A DNA stretch of 64,000 nt from Sandaracinaceae bacterium (GTDB lineage Bacteria > Myxococcota_A > Polyangia > Polyangiales > JAFGIB01): the NCBI GenBank assembly GCA_017881055.1, contig JADGRF010000196.1, forward strand, positions 29,031 through 93,030, read 5' to 3'. This document shows, piece after piece, positions 1 to 10,168 of this stretch (position 1 is the first letter of the stretch; each line of letters begins with the position of its first letter). The notes beneath the pieces were generated by a model. The model had not been told where the DNA came from and ran no database searches. It saw only the letters and a list, made by a program, of their open reading frames with translations. The position numbers were made by a program, and so were the translations under genes.

Positions 1-348
1 TGGCTGATCGCCCCGAGCTTCGGCATCGAGCTCACGGGCGCGGCAGCAGTCGCTCGCGGTGGTCGCCTCATGTTCGCGCTGCTGGGACCAGTCGTGAACT
101 TCTTTCCCAGCTCGCCGGTGGTGCCGTTCTGCGATCTCGCGGGCGGCATCGTCACCAGCAGCCCGAACTCGGACACGTTTCTGCTCAAGGCCGGCAGCGT
201 GAGCGCGCTCGCGGGCGGCGCCGGCCTACGCATCGCGTTCCGCTACCGCGTGACGCTGCGGCTCGAAGCGCGCAGCTACGTGCTCTTCGACGCCGACCGC
301 TACCGCCGCAAGGAGGAATACAGTGCAGGACTCACGGTCTTCTTCTGA
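1..348 (+). CDS. 3' end of a hypothetical protein (possible outer-membrane beta-barrel); 5' end lies outside the window
   Basis: Frame 1 is open from base 1 to the TGA at 346-348. The C-terminus has alternating beta-strand-like segments ending ...GLTVFF (terminal Phe). Confidence 0.4.
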   Translation, partial: WLIAPSFGIELTGAAAVARGGRLMFALLGPVVNFFPSSPVVPFCDLAGGIVTSSPNSDTFLLKAGSVSALAGGAGLRIAFRYRVTLRLEARSYVLFDADRYRRKEEYSAGLTVFF

Positions 349-589
349 GCAACACGGGCGCGGCTTTCTGGCTCGCAGGGTCGCGTTCGCGCTTGGGCTG
401 GCCTTCGCGCTCGGCGCCACGACCGGCTGTGCGACCGTGCGCCCCGAAGAGAAGGAATTTCTTTCGGAGCCGAGCATGACCTGGAACAACGGCAGCATCG
501 CCGATGCACAGGAGCAGCACGTGCTCGACAACCGCGAGGGCTCATCGGGCGGTGCGAACGCCAAAGGTGGCGGCTGCGGATGCAACTGA
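323..589 (+). CDS. small lipoprotein, DUF4266-like (C-terminal GGGCGCN)
   Basis: GTG at 323 lies 6 nt after AGGAGG (311-316). There is a signal peptide with Cys (..LGATTGC). The protein ends ...AKGGGCGCN, the hallmark I recall for DUF4266. Confidence 0.75.
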   Translation: MQDSRSSSEQHGRGFLARRVAFALGLAFALGATTGCATVRPEEKEFLSEPSMTWNNGSIADAQEQHVLDNREGSSGGANAKGGGCGCN

Positions 590-1794
590 CGGCGCAGCGA
601 TGCCTGTCCGTGCTCGTCGCGCTCCTGCTGGCGGCGAGCGGCGTCGCGCGCGTGCGTGCCGAAGACGGTGTAGACGTCGGCACCTCGTTGTTTCGCGAGA
701 CCGGCGGACCGTTGCACATGACGGTGCTCGTGCCGACGGCGCAGGCCAGCGTGAACCTGGGCGAATCGGCGACGTTCCGAGCCGGCTGGACGGCAGACAT
801 CGTCAGTGGCGCGAGCGTCGCGGTGGTCGACGCACCCGCGGCCAACGTGGATGCCATCAGCTCGGCCACCGTGACCGACACCCGCCACGCGTTCTCCGGA
901 CACTTCGAGCTGCGCGACGGGCTCTCCGCGCTCAATCTCGGCTACACGCACGCATTCGAGAACGACTACTTGTCGAATGCGTTCGACGTGGCGGCCAGCA
1001 CCGACCTGTTCGATCGCGACACGACGCTTTCGATCTCGTATGCGCGCAGCTTCGATGGAGTGTGCGATCTCGCGGGCAGCTTCGATCCGGTCATGAAGCC
1101 GCGTATGGATTCGTCGAAAGGCTGCTTCTCGGATGCCGCAACGCGCGCGGAGCGCTCGCTCGCGACGCACACCTGGCAAGCGGCCTGGACTCAGGCGCTG
1201 ACGCCCGTGCTCAGCATGCAGCTGGGATCGAGCGCGCAGCTGCTGCACGGCTTCCAATCGAATCCGTATCGCGCGGTGCTGATCGGCAAGACTGCCGCGC
1301 AAGAACATCATCCCGAGGACCGCGCGCGCTACGCCGTGAGCGCGGGGCTCCGGCTTTGGATCGTACCGCTCTCGGGTGCGCTCTCGGGCCTGGCGCGCGC
1401 ATACCGTGACACCTGGGACATGACGTCGGTCACGGGCGAGCTCGCGTACGAGCAGTCGATCGCGTCCGGGCTGCGCGTGCGCGTGCGTGGCCGCTACTAC
1501 ACCCAAACCGCTGCCGCGTTCTATTCGGACGACTACGTGCTTGCCCCACGCGGCCAGTACTTCACCGGCGACCGCGAGCTATCTCCCATGCGCAGCATCT
1601 TGGTGGGCGGGCAAATGCTTTGGGCGGTCCCGGAGGACGCCAAGGGCGAAATCTTGGGCCTGCTGTCCGGCCTCGACTTCACACTCAAGGGTGATTTCCT
1701 GCACACCTATTTCGACGACTTCCACTACGATCGCGCGCCGGTCCCGAATACCCTCGCCCTGATCGCGACCTTCGAGGTGCACGCGGTGTTCTAG
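580..1794 (+). CDS. DUF3570-like outer-membrane beta-barrel protein
   Basis: The ATG overlaps the stop of the upstream small lipoprotein by 10 nt. It has a signal peptide (..AASGVARVRAED), is beta-rich and ends ..FEVHAVF. Pairing with DUF4266 is typical of this family (from memory). Confidence 0.7.
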   Translation: MQLTAQRCLSVLVALLLAASGVARVRAEDGVDVGTSLFRETGGPLHMTVLVPTAQASVNLGESATFRAGWTADIVSGASVAVVDAPAANVDAISSATVTDTRHAFSGHFELRDGLSALNLGYTHAFENDYLSNAFDVAASTDLFDRDTTLSISYARSFDGVCDLAGSFDPVMKPRMDSSKGCFSDAATRAERSLATHTWQAAWTQALTPVLSMQLGSSAQLLHGFQSNPYRAVLIGKTAAQEHHPEDRARYAVSAGLRLWIVPLSGALSGLARAYRDTWDMTSVTGELAYEQSIASGLRVRVRGRYYTQTAAAFYSDDYVLAPRGQYFTGDRELSPMRSILVGGQMLWAVPEDAKGEILGLLSGLDFTLKGDFLHTYFDDFHYDRAPVPNTLALIATFEVHAVF

Positions 1795-1877
1795 GCGCGC
1801 GGGGAGGCCCTCGTAGACGCGGCTTGCGCTGCGGGCCTGCCCTGCATACGGTTCGCGCGGTTGGAGGTTTTGAACGA

Positions 1878-2951
1878 ATGAACGACGTGTTCGCGGTCAT
1901 CATGGCGGGCGGTTCCGGCACGCGCTTTTGGCCCCTGTCCCGCAGCGTGTGGCCGAAGCAGTTTCTCTCGCTCGCGCACGAGCAAGATTCGTTGCTGCAG
2001 CAGACCGTGCGACGCCTCGCCGGGATCGTGGACAACGAGCACATCTTGGTGGTGACCTCGGCGCGGCACGCGGACGCCACGCGTGCGCAGCTGCCCGAGC
2101 TGCCGCCGGGCAACGTGCTGGGCGAGCCTACGGGCCGCAATACGGCGCCGTGCATCGCCTGGGCCGCGGCGCATGTCAGCGCGCGCAATCCAAAGGGCGT
2201 GATGGTGGTGCTGCCTGCCGACCCATACATCGCCGACGAGCCTGCGTACCGCGACGTGCTTCGCCGCGCGATCGCTGCCGCTCGTAGCGCCGGTCTCGTC
2301 ACCGTGGGAGTGACGCCGACGCGACCCGAGACCGGCTACGGCTACGTCGAGGTCGGTGAGCCGCTCGACCCAGGCGTCGAGCGCGTGGTGCGCTTCGTGG
2401 AAAAGCCGGACCTCTACCGAGCGCAACGCTTCGTGACCTCGGGAAACTTTCTCTGGAACAGCGGCATGTTCTTCTTCCGCGCGGACGCGATGCTCGCCGA
2501 GCTGAAAGCCCAGCTGCCCGACCTGCACGCCTTTGCGCGCGGTTGCGCCGAGCGGCTCGCGAGCGGCGGCGACGAGGCCGCGTTCGCGGCGGAGCAGTAC
2601 GCGACGCTCACGTCGATCTCGATCGATCACGGCGTGATGGAAAAAGCCAAGGATGTGCGCGTCGTGCGCGGCGCCTTCGGTTGGTACGACATCGGCAGCT
2701 GGACGACCGCGTACGAGCTCGCCATCAAAGACGAGCATCAGAACGCCGTTCTGGGCATGGTGTCGCTGATCGACACGCAGGGCTGCTACGTGCGCGGCAA
2801 GGTCGACAAAGTGATCGCGCTGATCGGTGTGCGCGACCTGGTCGTGGTCGACACCGAGGACGCGCTCTTGATCATGCCGCGCGAGCGCGCGCAGGACGTG
2901 AAGCGCGTGGTCGAAGATTTGAAAGCTCAAAAGGCCGATAAGCTGGTCTGA
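1878..2951 (+). CDS. manC: mannose-1-phosphate guanylyltransferase (GDP-mannose pyrophosphorylase)
   Basis: N-terminal MAGGSGTRFWPLSR nucleotidyltransferase motif. ATG at 1878 is preceded by GGAGG (1864-1868). 357 aa, with no PMI domain. Confidence 0.9.
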   Translation: MNDVFAVIMAGGSGTRFWPLSRSVWPKQFLSLAHEQDSLLQQTVRRLAGIVDNEHILVVTSARHADATRAQLPELPPGNVLGEPTGRNTAPCIAWAAAHVSARNPKGVMVVLPADPYIADEPAYRDVLRRAIAAARSAGLVTVGVTPTRPETGYGYVEVGEPLDPGVERVVRFVEKPDLYRAQRFVTSGNFLWNSGMFFFRADAMLAELKAQLPDLHAFARGCAERLASGGDEAAFAAEQYATLTSISIDHGVMEKAKDVRVVRGAFGWYDIGSWTTAYELAIKDEHQNAVLGMVSLIDTQGCYVRGKVDKVIALIGVRDLVVVDTEDALLIMPRERAQDVKRVVEDLKAQKADKLV

Positions 2952-2959
2952 GGAACTGT

Positions 2960-4318
2960 ATGAACCCGTTGATTTTCCGCGAATACGACATCCGTGGCGT
3001 GGCCGACTGCGATCTCACCGACGACGTCGTGGCCGACATCGGCCGCGCGTACGGCACGTTCCTCGTGCGCCGCGGCAAGCAACGCATCGTGATCGGGCGC
3101 GATTGCCGCCTGAGCTCGCCACGCCTGCACGCCGCGCTGACGACGGGCCTGTTGTCGACCGGCGTAAGCCTCGTGGACGTCGGCGTAGTGCCGACACCGA
3201 TGGTGTATTTCGCGGTGTTCCATCTCGACACCGACGGTGGCGTACAGATCACGGGCAGCCACAACCCCCCCGGCGACAACGGCTTCAAGATGATGTGCGG
3301 CAAGGGGACGCTGGCCGGCGACGACATTCGCGAGCTCCGCGAGCTGATCGACCAGCGCGACTTCGCAGTTGCAGCTGACGGCGAGAACGCGGTGGAGCGC
3401 TTCGATGCGCTGCCCGCCTACGCGAGCTACATGAAGGGCAACATTCGACTTGCCCGCACGAACATCCGCTTCGCAATCGACGCCGGCAACGGTGCTGGCG
3501 GCCCGGCGGCGCTGGCAGCGATGCGCGCGGTCGGACTCGAGCCGGCGGCGATGTACTGCGACATGGACGGCGCATTTCCCAATCATCACCCGGATCCTTC
3601 GCTGCCGGAGAACGTCGAAGAGCTGTGCGAGCGCGTGCGGCGCGACGGTCTCGAGCTGGGCATCGCGTACGACGGCGATGCGGATCGCATTGGTCTCGTC
3701 GATAACCTCGGCAACATCGTGTACGGCGACAAGCTGTTGATTCTGTTCTCGCGTCAGATCCTGAAGCGCCATCCGGGTGCGCCGATTCTGGGCGAAGTGA
3801 AGTGCTCACAGACCCTGTACGACGACATCGCCAAGCAAGGCGGCCGACCGATCGTGTGGAAGACCGGCCACTCGCTGATCAAGAAGAAGATGAAAGAGGA
3901 GCAGGCGCTGCTCGCGGGCGAGATGAGCGGCCACATGTTCTTCGCCGACCGCTACTACGGCTACGACGACGCGATCTACGCGTCGCTGCGCGTGCTCGAG
4001 ATCGTCGCGGAGAGCGGCATGACGCTCAACGAGCTGCTCAGCGACGTGCCGCAGACGTTCAGCACGCCGGAGCTGCGTGTGGATTGCGCGGACGAAGTGA
4101 AGTTCGGCGTGGTGGAGCGCGTGCTCGCGCACTACCGCGCGAGCCACGAGGTGCTCGACGTCGACGGCGCGCGCGTGAAGTTCGCGGGCGGCTGGGGTTT
4201 GGTCCGCGCCTCGAACACGCAACCAGCGCTCGTGCTTCGTTTTGAAGCCGACACGGCCGCCCGGCTCGCAGACATTCGCGCCGAGGTCGAGGCTGTCGTC
4301 CGCAGCGCCGGCGCCTGA
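2960..4318 (+). CDS. manB: phosphomannomutase/phosphoglucomutase
   Basis: Active-site TGSHNPPGDNGFK, Mg-binding DGDADR and GEMSGH sugar-binding loop. Starts 8 nt after manC. Confidence 0.92.
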   Translation: MNPLIFREYDIRGVADCDLTDDVVADIGRAYGTFLVRRGKQRIVIGRDCRLSSPRLHAALTTGLLSTGVSLVDVGVVPTPMVYFAVFHLDTDGGVQITGSHNPPGDNGFKMMCGKGTLAGDDIRELRELIDQRDFAVAADGENAVERFDALPAYASYMKGNIRLARTNIRFAIDAGNGAGGPAALAAMRAVGLEPAAMYCDMDGAFPNHHPDPSLPENVEELCERVRRDGLELGIAYDGDADRIGLVDNLGNIVYGDKLLILFSRQILKRHPGAPILGEVKCSQTLYDDIAKQGGRPIVWKTGHSLIKKKMKEEQALLAGEMSGHMFFADRYYGYDDAIYASLRVLEIVAESGMTLNELLSDVPQTFSTPELRVDCADEVKFGVVERVLAHYRASHEVLDVDGARVKFAGGWGLVRASNTQPALVLRFEADTAARLADIRAEVEAVVRSAGA

Positions 4319-4432
4319 CTCGCTTGCTGGAAACCCGTGTCCTGCAACGGAAATACCATCTTATGCGCTTGTTTTTCCGTGGACGGTCCGTGCGCTACTC
4401 GTAACCACTTGAAATCGTAGAAGTCTTCCTGC

Positions 4433-4448
4433 TGGCACGGCACCTGCG
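4433..4448 (+). promoter_or_regulatory. candidate sigma-54 (-24/-12) promoter TGGCACGgcacCTGCg upstream of the sulfate ABC operon
   Basis: GG at 4434-4435 and GC at 4446-4447 have the canonical spacing of TGGCAC-N5-TTGC. It lies in a relatively AT-rich intergenic region. The predicted TSS falls only ~1-2 nt before the annotated ATG at 4461, which is a weakness. Confidence 0.4.
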
Positions 4449-4460
4449 TAGGGGCCGAGC

Positions 4461-5561
4461 ATGATCTCACGCTCTTCCGTGGTTGCTCACGGCCTGCCGC
4501 GCTTCGTCGCAGGCCTGGCGCTCGTGCTTTCGAGTTTCGCTGCAGCCTGCGGAGGCGGCGACAAGACCGGTCCAGCGGCAGCTCCGGGTGCACCCATGAA
4601 ACCGGCGGAGCCGCAGAGCCTGACCCTGGGCGCCTACACGACGCCGCGCGAGGCCTACTCGGAGATACTGCCGGCGTTCCGCAAGCAGTGGGCCGTGGGC
4701 GGTCGTGATGTCGTATTCAAGGAATCGTACTTGGGCAGCGGAGCGCAGGCGCGCGCGATCGTGTCCGGCTTCGAAGCCGATGTCGCGGCGCTCTCGCTCG
4801 AACCCGACCTCGCCACCATCAAGAAAGCTGGCCTCATCACGAGCGACTGGAAGAACGCTCCGCACGCGGGTGTCGTGACGCAGTCGATCGTCGTGATCGG
4901 TGTGCGCCCAGGCAACCCCAAGGGCATTCACGACTGGGACGACCTCGCGAAGCCGGGCCTCGACGTGCTCACGCCGAACGTGCGCACGAGCGGTGGGGCA
5001 CGCTGGAACGTCGCAGCGATCTACGGTGCGGCGCTGCGCGGACACACCAGCGCGAAGGCCGGCGATGACGCAGCCGCCACCAAGTTGCTCGGCGCGATCC
5101 TGCACAACGTGAAGAACATGGACGCGGGCGGGCGAGAGTCGCTGCTCAACTTCGAGCGCGGCGTGGGCGATGCCATCATCACGTACGAGAACGAGATCCT
5201 GGTCGGCCAGCAGAAGGGACAGAAGTACGAGCTGATCGTGCCAAAGTCGACGATCCTGATCGAGAACCCGGTCGCGGTCGTCGATGGCTACGCGGACAAG
5301 CACGGCTCGCGCGAGCTCGCGAATGCGTTCGTCGCGTTCCTCGGCACTGCAGGGGCGCAGCGCATCTACTCGCGATACGGCCTGCGACCGGTGCTGCCGG
5401 AGATCGCGGCCGAGGTCGCAGCGCACTACCCGACGCCCCCGGACCTGTTCAACGTGCGCGAACTCGGCGACTGGGCAGGCTTGCAGAAGAGCGTGTTCGA
5501 TCCCGGTGCGAGCTACGACAAGGCACTCGGCATCGCGGGCACGGGTGCCGTCGCGCCATGA
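4461..5561 (+). CDS. cysP: sulfate/thiosulfate ABC transporter substrate-binding lipoprotein
   Basis: Lipobox ..SSFAAAC. Sbp/CysP-like blocks (PNVRTSGGARWN, GDAIITYENE). First gene of a permease/ATPase operon. Confidence 0.88.
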   Translation: MISRSSVVAHGLPRFVAGLALVLSSFAAACGGGDKTGPAAAPGAPMKPAEPQSLTLGAYTTPREAYSEILPAFRKQWAVGGRDVVFKESYLGSGAQARAIVSGFEADVAALSLEPDLATIKKAGLITSDWKNAPHAGVVTQSIVVIGVRPGNPKGIHDWDDLAKPGLDVLTPNVRTSGGARWNVAAIYGAALRGHTSAKAGDDAAATKLLGAILHNVKNMDAGGRESLLNFERGVGDAIITYENEILVGQQKGQKYELIVPKSTILIENPVAVVDGYADKHGSRELANAFVAFLGTAGAQRIYSRYGLRPVLPEIAAEVAAHYPTPPDLFNVRELGDWAGLQKSVFDPGASYDKALGIAGTGAVAP

Positions 5562-6388
5562 AGTCGGTGGCGTACGCGCTGACGCCGACTCGCAGCGAGC
5601 GCATCGCGCGTAGCTTCGTCGTGCTCTACATCGCTGCGCTCGTAGCGCTGCCGCTGCTTGCGCTCGTGGTGTTCGGGACGTCCGACGGCTTGGTCGCGCT
5701 GGCCGCCGCGCTGCGCTCGCCGCTCGCGCGCTCGGCGCTATGGCTCACGTTGTGGACGAGCGTGCTCGTCGGCATCCTCGACGTTCTGCTCGGCGTCGCA
5801 ACGGCCTGGGTACTGGTGCGCTACGAGTTTCCGGGACGCGCTGCGATCTCGGCGCTGGTGGATCTGCCGTTGGCAATTCCAACGCTAGTCGCCGGCATGA
5901 TGCTGGCGACGCTGTACGGCGCACATTCCTGGATCGGCAGCAACCTCGACGCTGCTGGAATGCCCGTGATGTTCGCAGCGCCAGGCATCCTGCTCGCCCT
6001 CTTGTTCGTGACGCTGCCGTTCGTGATCCGTGCGGTCGAGCCGGTGTTGCTCGAGATCGATCCCGCCGAAGAAGAAGCGGCGCGCATGCTGGGCGCGGGG
6101 CCGTGGCGCACGTTTCGCACGGTGTTCCTGCCGGCCATTGCACCTGCGGCAATCTCCGCCGGCATTCGCTCGGTTGGGCGCGCGCTCGGCGAGTTCGGCG
6201 CGATCGTGATCGTCGCGGGCAACATTCCGTTTCGCACGCTGACTGCACCGGTCTACATCTTCGGTGAGATCGAGAGCGGTGAGCCACGCAGCGCGGCCGC
6301 GGTGTCGGTCTTGCTGCTCGCGGTTGCGCTTGGGCTGCACTCGCTCGCAGGCACGATCGAGAAGCACACGGGAGCGCGCCATGGCTGA
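5558..6388 (+). CDS. cysT: sulfate ABC transporter permease CysT
   Basis: Six-TM permease with the EAA loop (EEAARMLGAGPWRTFRTVFLP). The ATG overlaps the cysP stop (ATGA). Confidence 0.88.
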   Translation: MKSVAYALTPTRSERIARSFVVLYIAALVALPLLALVVFGTSDGLVALAAALRSPLARSALWLTLWTSVLVGILDVLLGVATAWVLVRYEFPGRAAISALVDLPLAIPTLVAGMMLATLYGAHSWIGSNLDAAGMPVMFAAPGILLALLFVTLPFVIRAVEPVLLEIDPAEEEAARMLGAGPWRTFRTVFLPAIAPAAISAGIRSVGRALGEFGAIVIVAGNIPFRTLTAPVYIFGEIESGEPRSAAAVSVLLLAVALGLHSLAGTIEKHTGARHG

Positions 6389-7262
6389 GCCTGCCGTAAG
6401 TGCCCTCGACCAGGTGACGCGCGTTGCGAGCCGAGACCACGCAGCTGCGGGCCTGCTCGATGGGCAGATACTGCGGCGCGGCGCGATCAGCTCGGTCGTG
6501 TTCATCTACCTCGGCGCGATCCTGCTTGGGCCGCTGGCCGCTATGGGCGTCGAGCTGGCACACGTCGGCGTGTTGGACGCGCTTCGTTCGCTGCTCGCGC
6601 CCGACGCGTTGTTCGCGCTGCGCACGTCGCTCGTGCTCACGACGATCGCAGTCGTGGTCAACGCGGTCGTCGGCACGCTGGGCGCGATCGCCGTGGTGCG
6701 CCAGCGCTTTCTCGGGCGCGCACTGGTTAATGCGCTAGCCGACCTGCCACTGGCGATCTCTCCGGTGATGATCGGGCTTGCGTTCATTCTGCTGTTCGGG
6801 CGCGAGGGCTGGCTTTCAGCATTGGTGACGGCGACCGGCATCAAGGTCGTGTTCGCGTGGACGGGCCTCTTGATCGCGACGCTGTTCGTGACGCTGCCGT
6901 TCACACTGCGCGAAGTCGCATACGTGCTGGAAGAGATCGGCACGAGCGAGGAAGAGGCTGCCGCCACGCTGGGGGCGGGGCCATGGCAGATCTTCTTTCG
7001 CGTTACGCTGCCGAACATTCGCTTTGCGCTGGGCTATGGCTTGCTCATGACGCTGGCGCGCTCACTCGGTGAGTTCGGCGCGGTGCTCGTGCTCGGTGGA
7101 AGCATCTCGGGGCAGACGCAGACGGCGACCACGTTCATCCACGCGGCCATCGAAGAGCGTCAGACGGGCAGCGCGTACGGCATGGCGCTGCTACTCGCGC
7201 TGACGAGCGTGCTCTTGCTTTCGTCGCTCGAGTGGGCGAAGCGCCGCAAGAAGGTCAAGTAG
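6381..7262 (+). CDS. cysW: sulfate ABC transporter permease CysW
   Basis: Paralogous permease with the EAA loop ([21 protein letters not shown]). ATG at 6381 overlaps the cysT stop by 8 nt. The longer track ORF start (6264) lies inside cysT. Confidence 0.85.
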   Translation: MAEPAVSALDQVTRVASRDHAAAGLLDGQILRRGAISSVVFIYLGAILLGPLAAMGVELAHVGVLDALRSLLAPDALFALRTSLVLTTIAVVVNAVVGTLGAIAVVRQRFLGRALVNALADLPLAISPVMIGLAFILLFGREGWLSALVTATGIKVVFAWTGLLIATLFVTLPFTLREVAYVLEEIGTSEEEAAATLGAGPWQIFFRVTLPNIRFALGYGLLMTLARSLGEFGAVLVLGGSISGQTQTATTFIHAAIEERQTGSAYGMALLLALTSVLLLSSLEWAKRRKKVK

Positions 7263-7267
7263 TCGTC

Positions 7268-8326
7268 ATGCACATTCGCGTGGAACATCTCTGCAAACGG
7301 TTTGGTAGCTTCGCGGCGGTCGACGACGTGAGCTTCGACGTCGAAGACGGCTCGCTGGTCGCCTTGCTCGGTCCCTCCGGCAGCGGCAAGAGCACGCTCT
7401 TGCGCATCCTGGCCGGGCTCGAGTCGGCGGACTCAGGCAACGTCTGGTTCGACGACGAGCCCGCGACCGACCTGCACGCACGCATGCGCGGCGTCGGCTT
7501 CGTGTTCCAGCACTACGCGCTGTTTCGGCACTTGACGGTCGAGCAAAACGTGGGCTTCGGCCTGTCGGTGCGCGGAGTCTCGAAGGAGGCCACAGCCAAG
7601 AAGGTGAAGGAATTGTTGCAGCTGACAGGGCTCGCCGGCCTGGAGCAGCGCTTCCCGTCGCAGCTCTCCGGCGGGCAGCGCCAACGCGTCGCGCTGGCGC
7701 GAGCGCTCGCGCCAGAGCCGAAGCTGCTACTGCTCGACGAGCCGTTCGGCGCAGTGGATGCGAAGGTGCGCGAAGAGCTGCGTCAGTGGCTGCGGCGCCT
7801 GCACGACGAGGTCGGTGTGACTTCGATCTTCGTGACACACGATCAGGAAGAAGCGTTCGCCGTCTCGGACCGTGTGCTCGTGGTGCACCGCGGACGGATC
7901 GAGCAGAACGGTGCGCCGATGGAGATCCTGGATAGCCCGGCGACCGAGTTCGTGGCGCGGTTCGTGGGCGAAGTGAACGTATTTCCGGCGGTGGTACGTG
8001 CCGGCGTCGCGCAAGCCGGCAAGCTGGAGGTCCGCGTGCAGGGCGAGCACGGGCCGGGAGAATCGCACCTGGTCATCCGCGCGTACGATCTGAAGCTGTG
8101 GCGCGAAGAACCGGGGATCGCGACCGTGCAGCGTGTCGTGACCTTCGGCGACCGCGTGCGCGTGCAAGCGCTCGTGGACGGTGCAGGTCCGATCATCGCG
8201 CAATTTCCACGACGTAGCTCGTTGCTCAAGGGTGTGGAGCCAGGCTGCCGCGTGCAGATCGATGTAACCACCGCCCGCGCCTACCCCGCGCAGGCCTCGA
8301 GCTTGTACCCGCTCCCCGCGACTTGA
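7268..8326 (+). CDS. cysA: sulfate ABC transporter ATP-binding protein CysA
   Basis: Walker [10 protein letters not shown], signature LSGGQRQR and Walker B LLLLDEP, plus a C-terminal TOBE-like regulatory domain. Confidence 0.9.
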   Translation: MHIRVEHLCKRFGSFAAVDDVSFDVEDGSLVALLGPSGSGKSTLLRILAGLESADSGNVWFDDEPATDLHARMRGVGFVFQHYALFRHLTVEQNVGFGLSVRGVSKEATAKKVKELLQLTGLAGLEQRFPSQLSGGQRQRVALARALAPEPKLLLLDEPFGAVDAKVREELRQWLRRLHDEVGVTSIFVTHDQEEAFAVSDRVLVVHRGRIEQNGAPMEILDSPATEFVARFVGEVNVFPAVVRAGVAQAGKLEVRVQGEHGPGESHLVIRAYDLKLWREEPGIATVQRVVTFGDRVRVQALVDGAGPIIAQFPRRSSLLKGVEPGCRVQIDVTTARAYPAQASSLYPLPAT

Positions 8327-8330
8327 TTTT

Positions 8331-8386
8331 CCGGAGCGGCCCACGCCCCTCCTCGGCCTGATTCCCGGAGCGGCCCACGGCCCTCC
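8331..8386. repeat. two 22-bp direct repeats CCGGAGCGGCCCACG(C/G)CCCTCC, 34-bp period
   Basis: Copies at 8331-8352 and 8365-8386 differ at one base. They lie between the cysA stop and the sigma-54 activator start. Confidence 0.8.
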
Positions 8387-8432
8387 GCCTACCGAGAAAA
8401 CGCCCCATGCATGCTGTACGATCGAGCGCGAG

Positions 8433-10058
<1,626 letters not shown>

Positions 10059-10168
10059 GCCGAGGGCTCTGCCCGCACTCTCCGACCCGCGATGGATCTC
10101 GGACACAAGCTCGGCCTCGGTGCGCTCACGGCTCGGCGCGCCGTCGCAGGCCACCGCTGAGTAGCGCC

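Noticed and set aside
226-1506. A 426-aa minus-strand ORF, and similar long antisense ORFs at 2927-3772, 4467-5426, 20029-21282, 28412-29803, 29595-30809, 37980-39152, 40200-41444, 50275-51477, 52946-54052, 55694-57025, 57095-58024 and 58130-59434.
   Set aside because: Each overlaps a motif-supported gene on the other strand. Each has the Arg/Ala/Gly/His-rich composition expected of out-of-frame GC-rich DNA.
10059-10168. A Pxr-like sRNA downstream of a sigma-54 activator, by analogy with the pxr locus next to nla19 in Myxococcus.
   Set aside because: I cannot recall or align the Pxr sequence. The gap is only 110 bp between convergent genes. It shows just one modest hairpin (CGCTGAG-N6-CTCAGCG, 10155-10174). 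The support is insufficient.
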